DNA from: the human T2T-CHM13v2.0 reference genome, Homo sapiens
DNA: 64,000 nucleotides
Assembly: GCF_009914755.1 (NCBI RefSeq)
Contig: NC_060944.1
Strand: one strand, 5' to 3'
Position numbers and translations under genes: made by a program. The notes under the pieces were generated by a model. It worked only from the letters and a program-made list of their open reading frames with translations, did no database searches and was not told the DNA's origin. Below, in pieces: positions 54,106 to 64,000 of this stretch. Every line of letters starts with the position of its first letter. The stretch's first letter is position 1.

Positions 54106-55508
54106 GATTTTTACTCATAGGTATCAGTAAAAATTATTTAATTTCAAAAAATTACAGAAGCTGGATCAGCCTTCCAGGTGACATTTGTCATTTTTAGTTT
54201 GGGGACAGAGCCAGAAAAATAATCCACAATCCCTAGTCCCAAGTTATCACCTAAAAACTATTTGTAGAGGCCCACCAAGGGCTGGAAATGCCTTCTCTTG
54301 AATCAGCGGAAAAGGAGAGGCAGGAGAACAGGTGAGAGGAGGAGACTCAGGAGTGGGGCTGGTCTGCGTTCAAATCCCGACACTCCCCACTCCAGGGGTG
54401 TGGCCTTGGGCAGGTGGTTGGACTTCTCAGACTTCTGCCTTCCCCAGCTGTGACATGGGGACCCATGGGGGTGACAGAAGGATACGTGGGGAAAGGGCTT
54501 GGCAGAGAGCAGATGTGCAGACACAATGTTAGTTTCATCTCTTGCAGCAAAGCAAGAGATTCTTCAGAAACAGGGTGAAGATCAAATGAGACGCTGGTGA
54601 TAAAGTACCTGCTGAAACATCTGGCGTGGCCAAGAGGTTCAACAAAGACTGGCTGGTGCTACTTTTACTGCTGCTGCTCTTGTTGTTGTTGTTAATGAAC
54701 ATGATTCTACCGCCCATAGAATTAGGCCGTCAGCAGGCTTTTCAATTAAGTGAACTACATTTATTTCAGCACCTATCCATGTTTAAATCTGGCCGTTGCC
54801 AGGGCTCAAGAGAAAGCTGGGTGCTCCTTCAAAATAACACAAAATAAATTAAACTTCTCTCATGCCCACTGAAAAAAATAATATTTAATACCTTTCTGGG
54901 GCCATTCACTTAAACTTTAAAAATGGGTCCCAAAACAATTCTGGATTTTATGCTTGCTGAGCCTAATTGCATGACTATGAGGTGACCTGACAGGGCCTTA
55001 GTTTTAGGAGATGATCGTGTGGTTAATAAGCTGTGTTCTTCATGGGTGGGTAATGATTCTGATTAGATGAAATTCAAACGAGGGCTCTTGGGTAAGCCAC
55101 AGACCTGGAATCCCCGGCACCCAGAGAGAGCTGCTTGCTCCCCCTGAGAAATTAAACACAAGTGTAAGCAACTGTTGTCTGAGTGTTTGTGCATGGCTAT
55201 GATTGATTGATTTACTGTTCAGAAAGCTCCCTTTTAATTAGGAAGTAAATCTTGCTTCTCGATGTGTGACGATAACTGTCCTTTGAGAATACACAGGCAG
55301 TGTTGACCCAGGAGTGAAGGAGGAGCCACTCGTGCCATGGGAAGCATGGTGCTATGGGGAAGGGCCGGCCCCACCAGAGGCCTGGACGTAGGGTGCCCAG
55401 CAGGAGGGGTGCATGGCCAGGGCTGAACCTGGGCTGGTGCTGGACGGCCACTGAGGAGGAGGGTACAAAAACAATGGCTCACATTTATTGGGTCCTACCA
55501 AATGTCAG

Positions 55509-55880
55509 TGTATTAAAGAGTCTGACCCTACTTTTTGATGTCTGCCTGCTGACTCTTTAAATCTGTCCGTCTGCCCCCCATTTGGGGAAGCTGGTAAGAA
55601 AGCCCAGGTGCTCTTCCCTTTGGCATGAGGGGGCCGTTCCAGCCATCCTCCAGGCCCACCCCAGGCCCCATAAAAATCCCAACCGGCCTCCTTTCCTTGC
55701 ACTCTCCAGCCGTTTTCAAACCTGCTGGGAAATCTGCTCTGCTCTCCCCTGGAAGCCTCATGATGCAAGTAATCAACTTTTCCTACCTCTCGGTGTGTGT
55801 CCCGTCCCTGTCTGCATTGGACAAGGTTTTGTGGGGAGGGTGGTCCATCCTGTATCTGCAGACCAGCGGGCTGCTCCCAT
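55509..55880 (+). mobile_element. ERV-type LTR (family uncertain) inserted into an antisense MIR
   Basis: gagtctgaccctactttttgatgt...aagctggtaagaaagcccaggtgct...ccataaaaatccc...gctctcccctggaagcctca; MIR halves on either side. Confidence 0.5.
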
Positions 55881-56184
55881 CAGCCAGATACTGTGCTAAA
55901 CTCATTCCACCCTCACAGCAACCCTGCATCCTCCATCCTGTATAAGCCCCCATGTGAGGGGAGAAACAGAAGCTATATGAGGTGAAGTGACTTGCCCAGT
56001 GTCACACAGCAGTGGAACCAGACCTCAAATCCTACCCTGCATGACTCCAGAGCCACCAGAGGACCATGTGGCATCGCACAAGTTCACAGGGAACCACCCA
56101 CAGACGTGGCATAGGCTGCTCCCTCTGCCCAGAGCTCACCTTTGTCCTCCAGGGATCTCTCACACACCTACACCTCTTGCCAGG

Positions 56185-56805
56185 CGTGGGAAGTAGAGTT
56201 CTAAAAGTGTCCCCACTGCACACCCAGGATTCCACATCATTGTCCCCAGAAACTGTGACTATGGGGAGATGTCATTGCCATGGTTATGTTAGGGTCTATG
56301 GCATCTTTGACCTTAAGACAGGGAGATGAGCCTGGATTATCCAAGTGCAATCATCCGGTGTCATCCTATGAGCTCTTAAGAGTGGAGCGTTTTCTCCGGC
56401 TGGTGGCAGAAAGGGAAGTCAGAGACATTGAAGCATGAGAGGGGCGTGACCTGTCATTGATACTTTGAGGCTGGAGCAGAGCTCATGAGGAGGCAGCACA
56501 GCCTCAGGAAGCTGAAAACACCCCTGGCCAACAACCAGCAAGGAAACAGGGCCTCAATCCTGCAGTCACCAGAGCTGTGTTCTGCCAAACACCTGAATGG
56601 GAGAGAAGTGGGCTCTCCCCTAGAGACTCCAGCTAAGAAGTCAAGCCAGCTCACACCTTGATTGTGGCCTAGTAAGACCCTAAGCAGAGAACAGCAAGGT
56701 CCATCTGGATTTCTGACCCACAGAGCTGTGAGATGATCAATGGGTGCTGTCTTAAGCCCCTGAATTTGCGGTAATTTATTACAGCAGCAACAAAAAACTA
56801 AAAGC
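56185..56805 (+). mobile_element. MLT1E-like LTR
   Basis: gaccttaagacagggagat...gggaagtcagagac...cagcaaggaaacaggg...caccttgatt...gaccctaagcagaga...gcggtaatttattacagcagcaa. Confidence 0.85.
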
Positions 56806-56814
56806 AAATCCACC

Positions 56815-57200
56815 ACAGGTGCCAAGGATGCGAGTCCCTGACTGCTCTTCACCTGGGGCCCTTTTTCAGGGCTGTGTTTGCAGCCAGCATCCTTTAGGGA
56901 CAAGGCAATGTCTCCCTCCAGACAAAGAGCAGGCCTTCTTCCTGCTTGCTATGAAATGGTTGGTTCCCAAGCTCCGCATTCCTCAGCTGTAACACAAACC
57001 CACCATGTCCATGGGACTTGAGGGCAAGGAAACACACATGCTGAAGCGCAGGCTACTTATTGTGCTGTGAGTCATGAAGTCCTTCGTCTTTGATCCAGGA
57101 GTCTTGTGTCTTCTGCCAGCATCCATGAATCAGTAGCACTCTAACTTACGAGCTTATATGTAAAGTAAAATGAAATCCCAGACCCCACAACAGTTCCTTC
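56815..57200 (+). mobile_element. ERVL-class LTR (MER74/MER73-like, tentative)
   Basis: gacaaagagcagg...cccaagctc...ttcctcagctgtaac...gatccaggagtcttgtgtcttctgccagcatccatgaa...aaatcccagaccc. Confidence 0.5.
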
Positions 57201-57589
57201 TCCTTTTCACCATCACCCTCCCACTCATCTCCAGCTAGCAGCTGGTAGCCCTTCCTGAGAGTGGCTTTTTCAGCCCTGTGACACCTTCCACGCCATTGGA
57301 GCAACAAATACTACTCCTTCGTAACAGTTTGTCACCTAAAACTTTTGCATTTTTGTGTGATATTTTTACAAATATCTGAGTCCCCTAGTAACTTGGTATT
57401 CCAGGTATCATGCCTGACTTTTCTCACCATTACATACACAGTGTCTAAGAAAATGCCCAGCCCATAATAGCTGCTCAACGTTTATTAAAAGAAGGAAGAA
57501 ACTGCTGGTGATGGAGTCAGGTCATTGAGCCCTTGAGACAGTCACAGTCCCATAGAATCTCCACAATATCACATTCCAATAAAATTACA

Positions 57590-57720
57590 GGCCAGGCGCA
57601 ATGGCTCATGCCTGTAACCCCAACACTTTGAGAGGCTGAGGCAGGAGGATGGTTTGAGCTCAGGAATTTTAGACCAGCTTAGGAAACAGGGCAAGACCCT
57701 GTCTAGAGAATAAATAAATA
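57590..57720 (+). mobile_element. Alu left monomer (FLAM-like)
   Basis: Single monomer; TSD ataaaattaca at 57579-57589 and 57845-57855 also encloses the STR. Confidence 0.88.
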
Positions 57721-57779
57721 GATTAGATAAGTAGGTAGGTAGGTAAGTAGAAAGATGGATAGATAGGTAGGTAGGTAGG

Positions 57780-57833
<54 letters not shown>

Positions 57834-57846
57834 TAGATAGATAGAT
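57721..57846. repeat. Compound (TAGG)n/(AGAT)n tetranucleotide STR
   Basis: 13 pure AGAT units at 57781-57832, preceded by TAGG blocks. Confidence 0.96.
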
Positions 57847-58599
57847 AAAATTACAATCACCTCCAATGTTCAAATATAATGCTGTCCTAAAAACATGTAC
57901 AAAGGTTAAGTGTTTAAAATCTTAGCAATCCCCATATATATCACTAGGGAGCTTCTCTTCTCATAAAGAGAAAACATTTTTACGAAGTTCCTCATTCCCC
58001 TTGCCTTAGATGTAATAGTGAGTGCCATGTTTCAGCTCAACACCTGTTCTTTAGAGGTGCTGAATCTGAAGACTAAACAGGAAGCCATTGGATTTGCCTC
58101 CCTTGAGCATCCACATGGGCCACGGATGCGCCTTGTTGTACAATGACATTCATCGTGGTTACGACAACAGTGGTGTGAGACACCTTTACTTATCATCTCT
58201 GGTTTTAGCAATTTCCTGTTTTCCCTACTCATTTTTATAAAATAATTATTCAAAAATACAAAGCACATTCCAATACTTGCACCAACGAAAGCCAGAGAAC
58301 TACTAAGATGGTGCCGGGCCCATCCCAATCTCGGGGGTGCAGAGACCAGGTGGCAGCTGCACTCCCAGGCAGCAGTTCAAATTCATCTGCTGGCTGCTAC
58401 GGCAGGGTTTATCCTCTAACACACAGCAAGTGCAAGAAAAAGTATATGCCGTTCTCCTTTCTTTAAAATATGCCTCTCTTGCACTGTTTTATTCCAGCAT
58501 TCAGTGGAGACATGGGTGTGGAGAAGGAGTCAAGATTTCTCTCTACTACAAGGAAAGCTGAATCCTGAACAAAACAATAAATGGTAACAGACACGTAAA

Positions 58600-59200
58600 T
58601 TCACGATCAAGGATCCTGAAGGGCATGGCAGAGACAATGGCGTCTGTAGAACCCATGTCCTGTTGAGAGGGCAGCTGCCCCTCAGCGCCACGGGTCACTG
58701 CCTGGGGAAGCAGGGGACAGCACAGCCAGATCTTTCCAGCTTCCAAAGGAAGCCGAACAATTTGGACTTTATAAATGTAAAATCTCCCGATTTTAAAATG
58801 TCTTTTAAATGTTTAATGTTTTTAATTATTAGTAAGCCGGGCGCCGTGGCTCATGCCGGTAATCCTAACATTTTGGGAGGCTGAGGCGGGAGGATCAGTT
58901 GAACCCAGGAGTTTGAGACCAGCCTGGGCAACACAGTGAAACCCCATCTCCACAAAAAATACCAAAAAAATAGCAGGGTGTGGTGGTGCATACCTGTAAT
59001 CCCAGCTGCTTGGGAGGCTGAAGTGGGAGGATCGCCTGAGCCCAGGGAGGTCGAGGCTACAGTGAACTATGATCGTGTGACTGCACGTGCCTGGGCAACA
59101 GAGCAAGGCCTTGTCTCAATAAATAAATAGTATTTAATAAATAAACAAATACTATGCAAGTTAAACCCAATAAGCCAGCAGCCTCCAATTGATAATTTCT
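58600..59200 (+). mobile_element. MER102-like hAT element interrupted by an Alu
   Basis: gagggcagctgcccctcagc...gccagatcttt...aatgtaaaatctcccgattttaaaatg. Confidence 0.55.
58836..59128 (+). mobile_element. AluJ
   Basis: gggaggatcgcctgagcccagggaggtcgaggctacagtgaactatgatcg; (AAAT)n tail. Confidence 0.93.
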
Positions 59201-59837
59201 GAAATAAACTCATATTTTCAACTGCTTTTGTGACTTCTCCACTTGGATCTCTAAAAGGCATCTCAGACCTGACATGTCAAAAATGAAACTCTCGATTCCA
59301 GCAGGCATCTCCCCGCCCCATCCACCCCCACACCGACTCCAACACACCTCTGCTCCTCGTCACATTCACAGGCAAGTCAGTGACCAGAGCATTCATTCAC
59401 CACCCAGCCCATGCACAAGTCTCGGCTCCCTCTGCCCCACCCACCTCCCCAACCATCCTTCAGCATAACTCTCTGCTTCACCCACCTCCAGCACCATCAT
59501 CTCTGTGAAAGAACAGGCATTGTGACACTGTGATGCACACCTCTGGTAGACAGCCGTGATGGCAGACTGTGTGGGCCATGGTGGATGTTGTTGTTGTTTG
59601 CAGTGCACACCAGCCTGGAAATGCTTCAGCCTGGAGGTGACGTGTTGTTTCTACTCATATCTCATAGCCCAGAGCAAGTCACCTGACCTTGCCTAACTTC
59701 AAGGGGACAGGAAATCTTCATCAGCACTCGTAATATCTACCACAGGGACTAGTAACTTCTACCATTGCTAAATTTTGGGTTTTGCCAGTAAAGAACACTT
59801 AAAAGTATATATCCACCACTACCATCTATTAGATCAA

Positions 59838-60050
59838 CAGCGGACAAACGATGGCCCAATGGCCACAGTCGGCCCAAAACCTCTTTGTAAATTAGGGTTT
59901 ACCAGCACACAGCCTGTTGCTTGTTGTATATATTGTCTGTGGCTACTATTGGCGCTACAACAGTGCTGAGTAGTTGCAACAGATACTTCGGGTCCTGTAA
60001 AACTGAAAATATTTACTTTGGGCCTTTACAGAAAAAGCTTGAGCACCCCT
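59838..60050. mobile_element. MER58A-like hAT-Charlie element
   Basis: caaacgatggccc...tattgtctgtggct...gagtagttgcaacaga...aaaatatttact...cctttacagaaaaag. Confidence 0.75.
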
Positions 60051-60096
60051 AGGCTCATTCATTCACTGTCACAATTATCTCATAAAAGAACATTTG

Positions 60097-60397
60097 GGCC
60101 GCGCAAGGTGGGCTCACGCCTGTAATCCCAACACTTTGGGGGGCCAAGGGGGGTGGATCGTTTGAGCTCTCCTGAACAACATGACGAAATCCCGTCTCTA
60201 CTAAAAATACAAAAATTAGCTGGGCGTGGTGGTGTGCACCTGTAATTTCAGCTACTCGGGAAGCTGAGGCTGGAGAATTGCTTCAACCCAGGGGGCAGAA
60301 GCTTCAGTGTGCCTGGATCACGCCACTGCACTCCAGCCTGGGCAACAGAGCAAGACTCTGTCTCAAAAAAAAAAAAAAAAAATGGAAAAGAAAAAAA
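60097..60397 (+). mobile_element. AluS with an internal deletion
   Basis: Dimer; TSD aaaagaacattt at 60084-60095 and 60398-60409. Confidence 0.93.
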
Positions 60398-60637
60398 AAA
60401 AGAACATTTTTAACTGAGAAGGTAGGGAAATGGTATCTCAGAATAGAGGCTCACCCTTAAATCAGATCTTGATGGAAAAGACGTGATGTCTTTATTTTCT
60501 TCATATATCTGCAAAAAGAGGAAACTTCAGCAGAGGCTGCTGTGGGGCACAGACAAGTGTTTGGGGAGCCCTGGACTGTGAAATCCTTTAGGGATTAAAA
60601 CTCAGAGGCTGGGAAGGAAGCGGCAGACAAGTGAATT

Positions 60638-60688
60638 GGGCCGCGTGGGGCCGTGGGGCCGTGGGGCCGTGGGGCCGGGACCGTGGGG
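60638..60688 (+). repeat. (CGTGGGGC)n octamer repeat, G-quadruplex-prone
   Basis: Four perfect units at 60644-60675 plus degenerate flanks; seven G3-G4 tracts. Confidence 0.9.
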
Positions 60689-60708
60689 CAGAACTCAAGC
60701 CCACCTGA

Positions 60709-60784
60709 GAGGCGGGGCCAGGAAGCTGCAGCCAATGGCTGCCGTGGGGCGGGGCTCCAGTACAGTCTGACCTTCTGATTGGCC
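60709..60784. promoter_or_regulatory. GC-box/CCAAT promoter-like cluster
   Basis: GGCGGGGC (60711-60718), CCAAT (60732-60736), GGGGCGGGGC (60746-60755), ATTGG (60778-60782). Confidence 0.45.
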
Positions 60785-61004
60785 CAAAGAAGATGGAAAC
60801 ACATTCTCATCTTGTCATATAATTCCCAATTTAAGAAACAAAAAAAACACTCTGAAGGACAAATTTCATGACTGTTGTTTCCCCCAGAGATGAAGCTGGG
60901 GAACAGAAGTGACCCTATAGAACAGCAGACTCATCGAGTTTACCAGTAATGTTTCATTTCTTTATTTTTCTAAAAAAAATGACACGAAGCAAAAATGACT
61001 GGAA

Positions 61005-61297
61005 GCCACTAAAAGGAATGAAGTCGTGATACACGCTACAACGTGGATAAGCTCGGAAAAGAGGCCAGAAAACACAAAAGGTCACCTATTGCATGGTCCA
61101 GTTGATACAAATCCAGAAGGAATCAACCCTTAGGAACAGAAAGCAGATTCACCGTTGTCAGGGGCTGGGCAGCGAACAGGAGCTAGACGCAGAGATAGAG
61201 GCGATGGCTGTATAACATGGTGAAAGTGCTAAAGGACCCTGAATCGTGCACTTTAAAACGGTTCATTTTATGTCATGTTAATTTCACCTCAAAAAAA
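61005..61297 (+). mobile_element. L1MB-type 3' end
   Basis: aaaaggaatgaagtcgtgatacacgctacaacgtggat...cagaaagcagatt...tgcactttaaaacggttcattttatgtcatgttaatttcacctc. Confidence 0.75.
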
Positions 61298-61574
61298 CAT
61301 GACTGTTGTCAACTCTGGGTGATGTGCGTGAAATTATTCTTTTACATATTTTTCCCAATTTCTGATACACATATTGGAATATATTTTACCCACTGCACGG
61401 GTGAAATTCAACACAGTGCAGGGCCAGGACAGGCCCTTGAGGCACCGGTTTGCCGCGGTAGATCTCCATCATCCACGGTGCCCATCGGGTCACCTGGTCG
61501 TCACTCCACCGGCGGTCCCCACCCGGGAGACCTGCTTATCTCTCCCAGCCTCGGGAAAACTGCTCTGGTGGGAT

Positions 61575-61880
61575 CAGAGATAAAAATAAATCTGCAGAAT
61601 GTTGGGCCAGACACGAAAGAGAACAGGCTGTATGATTCCATTTATATAAAGTGCAGAAACAGACAAATCTGATCAATGCTACAGAAGCCAGGATGGTGGG
61701 GTCGTTGTGCGGTGGTGGTTGGGAGGGGCATGAAGGGGGTTGTGCTGGTCACTTCCTGTTTCTGAATCTGGATGCCGGCGGCACAGATGTGTTCAGTTTG
61801 TGAACGCTCCTGGGGCTGCACAATCGCGCATGCACTGTCCTGTATTACTTCGGCTTTAGAGAAGTTTTTAAAGAAATAAT
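61575..61880 (+). mobile_element. L1ME-type 3' end
   Basis: gccagacacgaaagagaac...tgtatgattccatttatataaag...cctgtttctgaatctgg...gtgttcagtttgtgaa. Confidence 0.65.
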
Positions 61881-62669
61881 AAATGCATAAATCCATCAGA
61901 TACATTGAATTTCCTGCCAAGCCTTTGAAATAGAGGCCCAGGCCTTGGCTTCAGGTTGCAAGACACCCGAGAGTTGAGTTTGTGGGATGTTGTACAGACG
62001 TGGGTCTCAAAGGCTTATTATAACTTTTTTTATGCAAACAGAAATTACCCCAGCACATCTGGAGACCAAGCTCCTAAAGCGGGTGTGAGTGCAGCTTGTC
62101 ACTGTACCTTCGCAGCACGAGGAGAGGAGAGTTCGAAACCACAAAGCTCTTTCCTTTCTTTCAGGAGAAAGAAAATGGAGGATGGGAACGTCATCAGCCC
62201 AGACCAAAGCTGTTCTCAGGCTTAGAATCAGGGAAGGAACGTAATTGCAGAGGGCACACGCTCCTCTAATTTTTTGGAAAGAATCTGAACGCACTGGTGT
62301 GTTATTGAGTCCCTGGGGAAGCTGCTGCCCCTCCCCATACCCTCACTCCCTCCACAAGTTCACAGACACCTCGGAGGGAGCCCAGGAAAGGCTGTGAAAG
62401 GACCGCACCCAGAGTTGCCTTCCAGAGCCCCTGCTCCCCTCCCAGGCCAGCATACCGAGCCCTCTGAAGGGATCCCACAGCAGCAGCCCAGAAGTCCACA
62501 TTTTCATGGAGTTTGTCCACATCCACAGCAAACAGCAGGCAGGCCGGGGATTATATAAGCTAATTACCCCATTCCTTCCCCTCAGTGCAGAAAAGGTCAG
62601 GTCCCCACAGCCAGCGGGCAGGCTCAGAGCACAAGTACAGCCCCCACCTCCATCCCCCGCCCCAGGGTG

Positions 62670-62895
62670 TGGGAGGAGAAAGGAGAGAAGGAAAAGAGGG
62701 AGGGAGGGAGGGCCAGAGACAGAAAGAGAGGAGAAGGGAAAGAAAAACAGACAAGTAGAGGCAAAAACAAGGGAGAGAGAGAGACAGAAAGGCAGGCAGG
62801 CAGAAAAAGAAAAGAAAGGGAGGAAGACATTGAAAGGACAGGAAGACAGAGTGAGCGAGAAACGGGGAACAGGAGGGGATGGGAGGGAAGAAGAT
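62670..62895 (+). repeat. Purine (GA)-rich low-complexity tract
   Basis: About 220 bp of mostly A/G, followed by a short pyrimidine run. Confidence 0.8.
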
Positions 62896-64000
62896 TTTCC
62901 TTTTTCCTTCCTTTTCTTTCTCTGAACTTCAGCACAGGGAGAATCTGCATTCCCAGGACAGGAGCACCTCCCCCAGCAGCCCTAGTGTGCGCTGAGCAAC
63001 TGGGCAGAACCGGACTGCATGGGTTCAAGTCCCCACTGGCCACCCGCAGCCACTGCATCCCATTATCCCAGGTGAACGGTTTCCTCTTGAGTGATCAGGG
63101 CCTCGTCTGTGTCCTCCCTGTAGTGTGGAGAGGACATGGATGGACTCTGCGTTTATGCCCCGGCAGGCACGCACCATAGGGGCTGTGCCTTGGAGCTTGG
63201 AATAGGGATTCCTCCAACAGCAGCCATCACTTGAGAAGGGGCCACAGCTCCATCTACCCAGGAGAGGGCCAGATTATGCCCATACTGCAGGTTAGCATCT
63301 GTCCCATAGAGAAGGGTCCTGGTGTGGTCACTTGTTCTGTCCCTGGGTGACGGGATGGACAAGGGGGATGGTGGTGATAGTCCCCATGTTAGTCACCAGC
63401 TGGGAGCTGGCTTGGGTTCAGGTCTCACTTCCATCACTAACTTAGGCCGGGCTGGGGCACCAGGTCTTGGCTTGGCTTGCGCCCTGAGTAGAGCTGGTCC
63501 TGACAGCGGAGACCCTGTGCCCAAGTCCCCCCTGGGAAGTCAGTGTCCCCATAAGGGCAGTTGAGTCCAATGTGCAGAGGCCCTGAAGGAGGTGATCGTA
63601 CTTCTATCCCTGGTCCCCCACTCTCCAGCCATGAGTGTTGGGCAGCCCCTGATGGGGCCCTGACCTATAAAATGGGGGTCTCATAGCTGACTTCAAAAGA
63701 CCCTGGGGGGACCCACTCAGATGACTCACAGGGTGGGTTCTCGCAGTGGATGCCAGCTGTCCCCACCATTACCCTTGGAGACCACAGGCCCAATCTGAGG
63801 AGCCTCTTACGAGAGGGGGTCATGAGTCTGGGGCTTACTGGGGCTCTCGAGATACTCATTCCCCACTTTCTTCCAACCCCCTAGAAGCACCTCCAGCCCC
63901 CATGCCACTGGGCTGATGAGAAATTCAGTTCCAGCCAAATGGAGGCTGCTGTTACGCCCGCACCTTCTCAAAGCCCCAGAGGCCTAGCATGGAGCCAAAC

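Noticed and set aside
62506-63179. Lys/Arg/Glu-rich ORFs
   Set aside because: Artefact of the GA-rich low-complexity tract

Overview
Primate (human-like) euchromatic DNA, rich in repeats (Alu, L1M, L2, MIR, MaLR/ERVL LTRs, MER DNA transposons). It contains one protein-coding gene that the ORF track misses because it is spliced: CIMIP1 (C20orf85/LLC1, ciliary microtubule inner protein 1; chr20q13.3 from memory). The gene is on the + strand with four coding exons (38365-38432, 40944-41025, 42868-42969, 48060-48221) that join through GT-AG introns into a 137-aa protein (MAQKPLSTAAAERMNLVGQDEIWKYRLK...ELCWPKQGVH). Its CpG-rich promoter carries two adjacent palindromic RFX X-box motifs. The other ORFs in the track appear to be repeat-derived or chance. 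I found no evidence of a new multi-gene system. The most unusual structures are: (1) a 291-bp, ~96%-identical inverted duplication (30547-30837 / 32229-32519) bracketing a 1.39-kb segment about 6-8 kb upstream of the gene; (2) a 54-bp tandem duplication that doubles the exon 3 splice acceptor and introduces an in-frame stop and a donor-like motif; (3) a poly(A)-only retro-insertion and an Alu sitting back-to-back at one L1 endonuclease site; (4) an orphan GC-box/CCAAT promoter-like element with a G-quadruplex-prone (CGTGGGGC)n repeat near 60.7 kb. Repeat subfamily names come from remembered consensus sequences, and old-repeat boundaries are approximate.
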